This document shows positions 39,010-47,218 of a stretch of DNA of 64,000 bases, in pieces. The notes beneath the pieces are model-generated. The model saw only the letters and a list, made by a program, of their open reading frames with translations, was not told where the DNA came from and did not search any database. Made by a program: the position numbers and the translations under genes. The stretch is from Methylotenera sp. (lineage in GTDB: Bacteria; Pseudomonadota; Gammaproteobacteria; Burkholderiales; Methylophilaceae): contig JACMNP010000070.1 in assembly GCA_014378495.1 (NCBI GenBank), positions 1,297 through 65,296 of the forward strand. Reading direction: 5' to 3'. Position 1 is the first letter of the stretch. Each line of letters begins with the position of its first letter.

Positions 39010-40413
39010 ATGAAAACTAAAAGTGTTATTGCATTATTAGTGGCATCTATTTTTATAGTGCCAGCTGCACAAGCTGCACCAATTTTGTTAGGTATTGGCA
39101 GTTTATCTAACGTTGCTTCAGATCTTTCAGGGCTAACTAATACATTGGAAAATGGTAAAGCCAATAATTTGCTTGGCGGTATGGGTTCAGGTATTGCTTA
39201 TGCTGGTGGCAATACTTTTTTGTTGACACCAGATCGTGGACCAAATGCTGATATATATGCTGGTGGTGCTGCCGTAGATAATACAACCTCTTACATTGAT
39301 CGCTTTCACACAGTCACATTAGACTTCACAGCAAGTACATCTGGTTTACCTTTCACAGTAACGCCAACACTGACTGCAACAACATTGCTGTCAAGCGACA
39401 CACCCTTGAATTATGCAGCCACTGGTGCGCCTGCAAATAACTCCAGTAATCAATTCTACTTTACCGGTCGGTCAGATAATTTCGCTGCAGGTACATCATT
39501 AAATCCTACAAATGCGCGTTTAGATCCAGAAGCAATCAGGGTTTCAAATGACGGTAAAAGCGTATTCATTGCAGATGAATATGGTCCGTATGTTTATCAG
39601 TTTGACCGCACTACAGGCACACGGATCAAATCATTCGCGCTACCAAGCAATTTAGGTGTTGCTAACATAAGTTCAAATGGTGCTACAGAAATTAGTGGTA
39701 ATACTTCAGGGCGTGTTGCTAACAAAGGCATGGAAGGTTTGGCCATTACGCCGGATGGTAAAACTTTGGTAGGCTTCATGCAAAGTGCCCTGATTCAAGA
39801 CGGTGGTGATGGCGCGCAAGCTAATAGAATTGTCACTATTGATATAGCGTCGGGTGTCACAAAAGAATTTGCATACGACAATAAAATTGGTTCTAAAAAC
39901 TACAATAGCAGCGAGATACTAGCTATAAATGCCACGGAGTTTTTAGTGCTAGAGCGTGATGGCAAAGGCTTAGGGGATGGCTCTAGTGCAGTTGTAAAAC
40001 AATTGTATAAAGTTGATTTAACTAATGCTACTGATATTTCCTTAATCAGCGGCCAAGCAAATTTATTAACTGTAGCACCTGCAAAATCATTATTCATGGA
40101 CTTACGATCGATATTGAATGCTAGTGGCATCAGCGATGCTAACATTCCCGCAAAGATAGAGGGTATTACTTTTGGTCAGGATGTTGTGTACGCAGGCAAA
40201 ACTCTGCATACATTAATTGCGACGAATGACAACGATTTTGACACATCAAATGCAACAAATACTAATAAGTTTTTTGTGTTTGGTATTGAAGCCAGTGATT
40301 TAAATTATGTGCCACAAACTATTGCAGCAGTACCAGAACCAGAAACTTATGCAATGTTGATGGCTGGGCTCGGTTTGATTGGCTTTACAGCACGTCGTCG
40401 TAAAGCACGCTAA
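39010..40413 (+). CDS. PEP-CTERM surface protein with a phytase-like (esterase-like activity of phytase) beta-propeller
   Basis: Signal peptide ending AQA; LTPDRGPN, LDPEAIR, IADEYGP, NKGMEGLAITPDG, LVLERDG, KIEGITFG, TNDNDF; C-terminal VPEPETYAMLMAGLGLIGFTARRRK. Confidence 0.88.
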   Translation: MKTKSVIALLVASIFIVPAAQAAPILLGIGSLSNVASDLSGLTNTLENGKANNLLGGMGSGIAYAGGNTFLLTPDRGPNADIYAGGAAVDNTTSYIDRFHTVTLDFTASTSGLPFTVTPTLTATTLLSSDTPLNYAATGAPANNSSNQFYFTGRSDNFAAGTSLNPTNARLDPEAIRVSNDGKSVFIADEYGPYVYQFDRTTGTRIKSFALPSNLGVANISSNGATEISGNTSGRVANKGMEGLAITPDGKTLVGFMQSALIQDGGDGAQANRIVTIDIASGVTKEFAYDNKIGSKNYNSSEILAINATEFLVLERDGKGLGDGSSAVVKQLYKVDLTNATDISLISGQANLLTVAPAKSLFMDLRSILNASGISDANIPAKIEGITFGQDVVYAGKTLHTLIATNDNDFDTSNATNTNKFFVFGIEASDLNYVPQTIAAVPEPETYAMLMAGLGLIGFTARRRKAR

Positions 40414-40463
40414 ATTTTAAATAAATTTGGCTTTAGAAAATTTTAGACTTAAGAGGATTTTTT

Positions 40464-41153
40464 ATGAAAAATATAAAACATGTAATAGTGATTGGGACAT
40501 TATTGATGGGTACCCTCCATAATGCACAGGCGGCAGTTTCTGGAATTAAAATTACCGAGTGGATGTACAATCCAGTTGGTAGCGTAGGAGAGTTTGTAGA
40601 GTTTACTAACTTTTCCTCAACTTCACTAGACCTTACAGGTTGGAGCTTTGACGACAATACACGGTTGCCAGGTTCAGATAGTTTATCTCTTTTTGGTTCC
40701 GTAGCTGCTGGCGAGTCAGTAATTATCACTGAGGCAGATGCAAATGCATTTCGCACCAATTGGAGTTTGAACTCTACTGTAAAGGTTATTGGTGGAATCT
40801 CTAATAACTTGGGAAGATCAGACGAAATTAACTTATACAATAACACTGGTGCGCTAATTGATCGTCTTACTTTTAATGATCAAGGTGCTGGGTCAGTTAA
40901 AAGTCCCCGTACGCAAGGGGTAAGTAGCGAAGCTGGTAGTTTGTCCATACTAGGAGCTAATAATGCTAGTTTATGGGTACTATCATCAGTAGGAGATAAA
41001 GAAGGGTCCTATACTTCTATAGGAGGGGATATTGGTAGCCCTGGCCTGACTTCATTTGCAACTGTTGCAGCCGTCCCTGAACCAAGTACATACGCCATGT
41101 TACTTGCTGGGCTTGGTTTTATTGGTTTTACAGGACGTCGTCGTAAACTGTAA
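40464..41153 (+). CDS. PEP-CTERM surface protein with a lamin-tail (LTD) domain
   Basis: IKITEWMY...EFVEFTN...DLTGWSFDD; C-terminal VPEPSTYAMLLAGLGFIGFTGRRRK. Confidence 0.85.
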   Translation: MKNIKHVIVIGTLLMGTLHNAQAAVSGIKITEWMYNPVGSVGEFVEFTNFSSTSLDLTGWSFDDNTRLPGSDSLSLFGSVAAGESVIITEADANAFRTNWSLNSTVKVIGGISNNLGRSDEINLYNNTGALIDRLTFNDQGAGSVKSPRTQGVSSEAGSLSILGANNASLWVLSSVGDKEGSYTSIGGDIGSPGLTSFATVAAVPEPSTYAMLLAGLGFIGFTGRRRKL

Positions 41154-41234
41154 TTATAATCACGTGTACATTCTTTTCGAGATATGCACATAATCTTTTG
41201 ATGACATAAAATTTGTTATTCATAATCACATCTC

Positions 41235-42260
41235 TTGCAATCTATTCATGAAGTATTAAAGCGGCGTACTCCTCAGATTTGGGGTACGCAGTTATTAATT
41301 GCCACAAATCTGTTGGTCTTTCTAGCTATGCTCGCAGATGGTGCTGGCTTCTGGCATTCACCAAATGGAATCCAACTTGCTTGGGGCGCAAACTTTGGTC
41401 CAGCTACTCAGGATGGGCAGTGGTGGAGACTTGGTAGTGCAATGTTTTTGCATTTCGGCGTGATACATTTAGCACTTAATATGTGGTCACTGTGGGATGC
41501 AGGTCAATTAGTAGAGCGGATGTATGGACATTTTCGATTCATTTGTATTTACTTCATCAGCGGTTTATTTGGCAACTTAGCTTCACTTGTTATACAAGGT
41601 AATATAGCTGTTTCTGGCGGTGCATCAGGCGCTATTTTTGGTATATATGGAGCACTTCTTGTTTTTCTTTGGTTAGCGCGTACGGAAGTCACTTCTCATG
41701 AGTTTCGCTGGTTATTTTGGGGAGCCTTGGCATTTGCTAGCATTACAATAGTTTTGGGTTTTATCATTCCAGGAATTGATAATTCAGCACATATTGGAGG
41801 GTTTATATCTGGTATTTTGGCTAGTTTAGTTTTTTCTAAATCAACCTATATAAAAAGAATATCAGTACAGATTAGTTGGTTAAGTATAGGTATTTTGATT
41901 TTTACAACCTCAATACTTATTTTTAATCTCCCTGCACCAAAGTATCGTTGGAGTGATGAAATACTAATCCGGAAGGAAATCGACGCGTTTTTATATCGAG
42001 ATCAAGAAATCAATCGTTCATGGTTGGAAGTAATCTATGAGGGTAAACAAGGTGAAAAAACGTTTGATGCACTAGCCAACCAAATTGATACTGGTATTAG
42101 CAACCGTTATGAAGAAAGCTTTGAAAAACTATCTCAGTTACCTGCTAATGCCGCTTTACCCTCCGCGGCCAAGCTTGCAAAAATTTTACAGTATGTACAA
42201 CATCGTAAGGATGAATCTAAAGCTGTGGCAGAAAAACTAAGACAGCAAGACCATCAATAG
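41235..42260 (+). CDS. Rhomboid-family intramembrane serine protease with a C-terminal soluble helical extension
   Basis: QWWRL...FLHFGVIHLALNM, GASG (catalytic Ser) and AHIGG (catalytic His); TTG start. Confidence 0.92.
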   Translation: MQSIHEVLKRRTPQIWGTQLLIATNLLVFLAMLADGAGFWHSPNGIQLAWGANFGPATQDGQWWRLGSAMFLHFGVIHLALNMWSLWDAGQLVERMYGHFRFICIYFISGLFGNLASLVIQGNIAVSGGASGAIFGIYGALLVFLWLARTEVTSHEFRWLFWGALAFASITIVLGFIIPGIDNSAHIGGFISGILASLVFSKSTYIKRISVQISWLSIGILIFTTSILIFNLPAPKYRWSDEILIRKEIDAFLYRDQEINRSWLEVIYEGKQGEKTFDALANQIDTGISNRYEESFEKLSQLPANAALPSAAKLAKILQYVQHRKDESKAVAEKLRQQDHQ

Positions 42261-42416
42261 TGCTAGATAATTAAGTGTTTGCCATTAATTTTTTTAAATT
42301 GGCACAACTGATTGATATGCATTTTTGCTAACCTGTAGTTCGTCCCTTTTAAAATATAAATTTGTCATGATTGTTATTTTGTTTAGTATTAAATTTTAAA
42401 AAACCCGTTCATAATG

Positions 42417-42444
42417 TAATGAAGTGTTAAAAAACACTTCATTA
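42417..42444. repeat. 12-bp perfect inverted repeat upstream of a small ORF
   Basis: TAATGAAGTGTT-aaaa-AACACTTCATTA. Confidence 0.6.
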
Positions 42445-42488
42445 TCCAGATTTATTTTTATACTTTTTGGTTAAAAGGAGATTTTCAA

Positions 42489-42680
42489 ATGCTCGTAAAA
42501 AATTTGAACGAAGATGGTAATTTCTTAAATGCTAATATTGAAAAGGGTTCACATAACAGTGTATTAAACGAGAGGTTTAGTAAAGAGGAAGTATTGGCAA
42601 TACAACTAGAGATGGAGCATGATGAACTTGAAGAATGGCGTGAAAACTTAATTCTAATTAAAGCAAAATATGAAGCTTAA
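42489..42680 (+). CDS. Small acidic hypothetical protein (63 aa)
   Basis: Strong RBS AAGGAG about 8 nt before the ATG; fills an intergenic gap. Confidence 0.55.
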   Translation: MLVKNLNEDGNFLNANIEKGSHNSVLNERFSKEEVLAIQLEMEHDELEEWRENLILIKAKYEA

Positions 42681-42807
42681 AATAATATGGTTGGCATAAT
42701 AATATTAATAAATAGCCAACTTACTTTTAAAGAATTAAATAGTAACTATTTAGTGCGCTATTACAAGCGGCATAAAGCTATACAAAAGATTATTGTCAAA
42801 AACAAAC

Positions 42808-42841
42808 CACTAAATATAGTCCAAGGTGACTATATTTAGTG
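42808..42841. promoter_or_regulatory. 14-bp perfect inverted repeat containing ATAGTCC-aagg-TGACTAT, upstream of a PEP-CTERM gene
   Basis: CACTAAATATAGTC-caaggt-GACTATATTTAGTG; core ends about 97 bp before ATG 42930. Confidence 0.55.
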
Positions 42842-42929
42842 AGCTACTGTTAATCCTGAGGTAATTATCTTTAATTAAAATCTCAATTGTAATTATTTTT
42901 TACAATTAAGATTTTAATTAGGGGTAATA

Positions 42930-43508
42930 ATGAAATTAATAACACGTAAAACACTATTAAGCATATCGCTAGTTGTAGCATTCGGGATCCCCAGTTTCGG
43001 CGCTTTAGCTGACAACTTTACAACTCTCTCAGTTGTGTCGTTACCAGCTTCATTAACTTATGGTAATACATTCGCTAGTTCAGTTTCAGGAACAACTTTT
43101 TGGGATGATTATATTTTCACTATCCCAAATGGTTCGGTAAACTCTGTTACTTCCTCAATAAATTTAGATAGTATTTTAGGCCTAAGTGATTTGCGTGCCA
43201 GATTGTATACAGGTGATACGCACCAAATTACATCAGTTGTACCGGGTACATTAATGTCAGAGTGGGGGACGACTGTAAACTACAGTCCGACAGTGTCTGC
43301 AACCACCGTCGTTTTAAATCCTTTAGCTCTAAATGCAGGAACTTATACACTTCAAATTAAAGGTACTGTGAGTGGCTTAGGAGGGGGCTCTTACGCAGGT
43401 ATATTAAATATAGCGCCAGCTGTTCCAGAGCCTGACACATATGCGATGCTAGTTGCTGGTATGGGCCTGGTTGGCTTTATGTCACGACGTAGAAACAAAA
43501 AAACTTAG
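42930..43508 (+). CDS. FxDxF-type PEP-CTERM surface protein
   Basis: Signal peptide; TFWDDYIFT, LNAGTYTLQIKG, GGSYAG; C-terminal VPEPDTYAMLVAGMGLVGFMSRRR. Confidence 0.88.
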   Translation: MKLITRKTLLSISLVVAFGIPSFGALADNFTTLSVVSLPASLTYGNTFASSVSGTTFWDDYIFTIPNGSVNSVTSSINLDSILGLSDLRARLYTGDTHQITSVVPGTLMSEWGTTVNYSPTVSATTVVLNPLALNAGTYTLQIKGTVSGLGGGSYAGILNIAPAVPEPDTYAMLVAGMGLVGFMSRRRNKKT

Positions 43509-43525
43509 TTAAAGATTTTTTAATA

Positions 43526-43564
43526 CAAAATAATAATGGGAACTTTGCTCCCATTATTATTTTG
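43526..43564 (+). terminator. Intrinsic terminator
   Basis: 16-bp stem CAAAATAATAATGGGA / TCCCATTATTATTTTG immediately after the stop codon. Confidence 0.75.
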
Positions 43565-43752
43565 GACTTCTCGAATATATTATTTTAATTTTATTATTCA
43601 GTCTCTTCATACTCGCTAACCACTCAGGCTTTAACTTTAAATATATGTACAGGACTGTTGAAACAAAAATGTCATCTTTATTTGATATTCTAAAAAGTTA
43701 AGTTTTCAGTTAACAATAATTGACTTGGCAAACACCAAATAAAGGACTCTAG

Positions 43753-45510
43753 TTGAGTATATCTAATTATCCAAAATTCAATAAAATTGACGAGAATCCT
43801 ACTGTTTTGCGTTTGTTAAGAAATACTCCACCTGTTGAAGAAAATATAATGAGTATCATTGTATTAGCGTTATTTCAGAGTAATACAGCGCTCTTCGCAA
43901 TACCTGTTGTAAACCATAAAAATGTGCCAACTGGAATAGTTGAGCGACAATCTTTTGTGGAGATTTTTACTAAGACTTACACCAAAGAGATTTACGGTAA
44001 AAAGAAAATAGTAGAACTGATGAATAAGTTTCCTCTCATCGTCAATATTGAAACTTCTATTGATGATGTGGCTAATATTATTATCGATGCTGGCATACAG
44101 CATATGGTGAATGGATTTATTGCTACTGATGAAGGGCAATATGTAGGAATAGCAAACGGTTATGATTTATTAAATGAAATTACACAGCGTAAACAGGCTA
44201 ATCTATTTTATCTTGCTCACTTCGATCAATTAACTAAACTTCCTAATCGAATCCTTTTTCAAGATCGTCTTTCAATGGCAATCATGCATGCTAATCGAGA
44301 AAAATCGTTATTAGGGTTGCTATTTATAGATTTAGATAACTTTAAACATTTTAATGATTCAATGGGACACGGTTTTGGTGATCAGTTGTTGCTGGCTGTA
44401 GCTACTCGGTTATCGAGTTGCGCAAGAGATAGTGATACAGTTGCTCGTTTATCTGGTGATGAATTTACAATCGTACTTGAGAACATGTGTTCCAAAGTAG
44501 ATATAGACATTTTATGTATTCGAATCTTAGAAACGATGAAAGAGCCTATGCAAATTATGGGCAGGGAAGTGTTTATTACAGCAAGCATTGGAACTTCCAG
44601 CTATCCAAACGATGATATTGAACCCACAGGGCTATTAGCAAAAGCAGATGCTGCTATGTATGAAGCTAAACGCAGTGGCCGTAATACTTTCAGGCACTAC
44701 ACATTAGGAATGAATGTCTACTCTTTAGATCGTATGTCACTTGAGACAGACTTACGGGTCGCAGTTGAGCGTAATGAATTTGAACTGTTTTACCAGCCAC
44801 AATTATTGTTTTCAACAAAAAAAGTGGTGGGTAACGAAGCTTTAATAAGATGGTGGCATCCTACACGTGGCCTGCTAACACCAGTACATTTTATAGAAAT
44901 TGCTGAAGAAACTGGATTGATTGTTTCCATAGGCAAATGGGTATTGCAACAGGCATGCAAGCAGCAAATGATTTGGTTGGAGAGTGGGTTAGAGCCAATG
45001 AGCATGTCCGTCAATATTTCTGCGATGCAATTTTATCAAACAGACTTTATAGAAGTCATCCGAAATATTTTAAATGAAAGTGGTATGCAACCAAAGTATC
45101 TTGAACTTGAGTTAACCGAAAGTCTGTTTATGCATAATGTTGATAGTGTACTTAAAACTTTGAATAGTCTGCATGATATTGGTGTCAAATTATCAATTGA
45201 TGATTTTGGGACTGGTTATTCCAATTTAAGCTATTTAAGAAGATTCCCGATTGATAGACTCAAAGTGGATCAGTCATTTATCCGTAATATAGAAAATGAG
45301 CCGGTCAACGCTGAGATTGTGCGTGCCATTTCAGCATTAGGTAAAAGTATGTCACTTGATGTGTTGGCTGAAGGGGTGGAAACCGAAGCCGAAATGACTG
45401 CAGCTAACGAAAATGGATGTAAGTTCATTCAAGGTTATAGATTTTCTAAACCGTTACCTGCAGATGAACTTGAAGCATGGTTGAAAGGGAATAACCAAAC
45501 TCTATTATAA
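43753..45510 (+). CDS. CBS-pair + GGDEF + EAL c-di-GMP turnover protein
   Basis: N-terminal CBS-like domains; DQLTKLPNR, DLDNFK, RDSD I-site and SGDEF; YQPQ, EALIRW, ELTES, IDDFGTGYS, LKVD, AEGVE, QGY. TTG start is uncertain. Confidence 0.92.
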   Translation: MSISNYPKFNKIDENPTVLRLLRNTPPVEENIMSIIVLALFQSNTALFAIPVVNHKNVPTGIVERQSFVEIFTKTYTKEIYGKKKIVELMNKFPLIVNIETSIDDVANIIIDAGIQHMVNGFIATDEGQYVGIANGYDLLNEITQRKQANLFYLAHFDQLTKLPNRILFQDRLSMAIMHANREKSLLGLLFIDLDNFKHFNDSMGHGFGDQLLLAVATRLSSCARDSDTVARLSGDEFTIVLENMCSKVDIDILCIRILETMKEPMQIMGREVFITASIGTSSYPNDDIEPTGLLAKADAAMYEAKRSGRNTFRHYTLGMNVYSLDRMSLETDLRVAVERNEFELFYQPQLLFSTKKVVGNEALIRWWHPTRGLLTPVHFIEIAEETGLIVSIGKWVLQQACKQQMIWLESGLEPMSMSVNISAMQFYQTDFIEVIRNILNESGMQPKYLELELTESLFMHNVDSVLKTLNSLHDIGVKLSIDDFGTGYSNLSYLRRFPIDRLKVDQSFIRNIENEPVNAEIVRAISALGKSMSLDVLAEGVETEAEMTAANENGCKFIQGYRFSKPLPADELEAWLKGNNQTLL

Positions 45511-46089
45511 TTATTTACTATTAATGTTTGTACCTAAGTTAAGCGAGTTTTTCCAAGAAATATATTTAGCTTACTGCTTTTGAATTAATTCGTATCACCC
45601 AATACATTAGACGTTTATTGATTTCTACTTTGTAACTTTTAAACGCCAACGTGCTCAATGCATCACTTCTTTAGTGCCTCATATTCTTAATTAAGCTAAT
45701 TTTTAAATAATATCTGCTTGTTTAATTCTGCCTAGGATGCAATTGCTCTCAATCGCTAGGCCGCTACATAATTGTTACTTTGGCAATACTTCTGAAAGAC
45801 AATTACCTACTCCATGCAGTAGATTTATATGATGAAAATTATATTCAAATTATTAGTAGATTGACTTAGACACTAAAAAAATCATAAAAAGCTCATTCGT
45901 GCTAAACATTCATACACATGAAAATTATCCGCAAGAGTATGAGCTGATGGGAAACCAGCGATTATTATTCTGACTTAAATATCGCCGCAATTAAATATTG
46001 AGCACTAATCACCTTATCGCAAAAAAATGACATTGAATTGATATGGTAAATTTTTTTGATGTTAGGTATAGCATTTGTATATAAATGGG

Positions 46090-46968
46090 CTAATTGATAG
46101 TTGATTTATCAAGATAAAAACATTCGGTTAAAAAATCCATTACTGCCCTTACTACGGGTACATTTCTTAAATCATCATGTACGACTAGCCATATGTCATT
46201 GATTAGCATGTTATTGTTAAAATTAAGACGTTCTAGCCCCGCTTCACGATTTGCAACATAGTGCGGCAAGGCAGAGATTCCTACACCTTGCATTGTTGCG
46301 ATACGTTGTGTTTCGAGATCATAAGTACGAAGTACGATCGGTCTAGCAGCTGCGTAAGTTTTTAGCCATTGCTGCTGTACTAAATTTTCCATACTTTTAT
46401 CGAAGGCAATAAAGCTATAGTTTTCTGGTGCTGTGGTTGCTAAATAATGAGGCGATGCATACATAGAAAAACTCATAGCACCAATTTTACGTGCGACAAG
46501 ATTATTCTCAGTCGGTCGAATCATGCGTACTGCGATATCACTTTCACGGTGTAATAAGGACGCAATTCTTGTTTCTCCAATTAGCTTGATATAAATACCT
46601 GGAAATTGTGCTCGTAACTTACCTAAATGCGGTGCTATTAAGGCATTCGCCATTGTCGGCGGGGCACTTATAGAAACTTCGCCCGTTAGATCAAGCTGAC
46701 CTGCCATGGCTGCTCGCCCAACTGCAAATGCCTCATCTTCCATTTTATTGCCTAATGCTGCAATACGCTGACCATTATCGGTCAGTACATAAGAACGCGG
46801 CCGTCTATCAACTAATTTTAAATTAAGTGCGATTTCTAGTGTAGCAATACGACGTGCAATGGTGGCATGATCTACTTTTAAAAGACGCGCCGCAGCGGAG
46901 AGTGATTTCTCTCGCGCAAAAATCGTAAAATATCGTAAATCTTCCCAATCAAACATATATTTGCTCAT
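46090..46968 (-). CDS. LysR-family transcriptional regulator
   Basis: N-terminal HTH (DWEDLRYF...SLSAAARLLKVDHATIARRI) plus substrate-binding domain; divergent from the RND operon. Confidence 0.95.
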   Translation of the reverse strand: MSKYMFDWEDLRYFTIFAREKSLSAAARLLKVDHATIARRIATLEIALNLKLVDRRPRSYVLTDNGQRIAALGNKMEDEAFAVGRAAMAGQLDLTGEVSISAPPTMANALIAPHLGKLRAQFPGIYIKLIGETRIASLLHRESDIAVRMIRPTENNLVARKIGAMSFSMYASPHYLATTAPENYSFIAFDKSMENLVQQQWLKTYAAARPIVLRTYDLETQRIATMQGVGISALPHYVANREAGLERLNFNNNMLINDIWLVVHDDLRNVPVVRAVMDFLTECFYLDKSTIN

Positions 46969-46988
46969 TTAAATATAATTTTCATTAC

Positions 46989-47018
46989 CAGTGTATGTGA
47001 ATTTTTTCACATACACTG
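46989..47018. promoter_or_regulatory. 13-bp perfect inverted repeat containing TGTGA-N6-TCACA in the divergent LysR/RND promoter
   Basis: CAGTGTATGTGAA-tttt-TTCACATACACTG. Confidence 0.65.
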
Positions 47019-47218
47019 TGAACATATAGAGAATTGTACCTGATGTCGTAATCATGCAATATGCGCAATGTTTATTTAAAATCTAAACAACATCAACTTA
47101 TGTCAAAATTAAAGTAGATTGTGACAATCACTTAAATTTAATGCTAATAATACTAAAGAACAACTGATGAGTTTATCTACCTACGCAGCATCCGTAATAA
47201 TACTTTTTGAAAGTTGCT

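Noticed and set aside
42299-42316. Sigma-54-like TTGGCAC upstream of the small ORF
   Set aside because: No GC at the required GG-N10-GC spacing.
45511-46089. 580-bp gap that might hold a pseudogene or sRNA
   Set aside because: No convincing ORF remnant, hairpin or repeat could be read.
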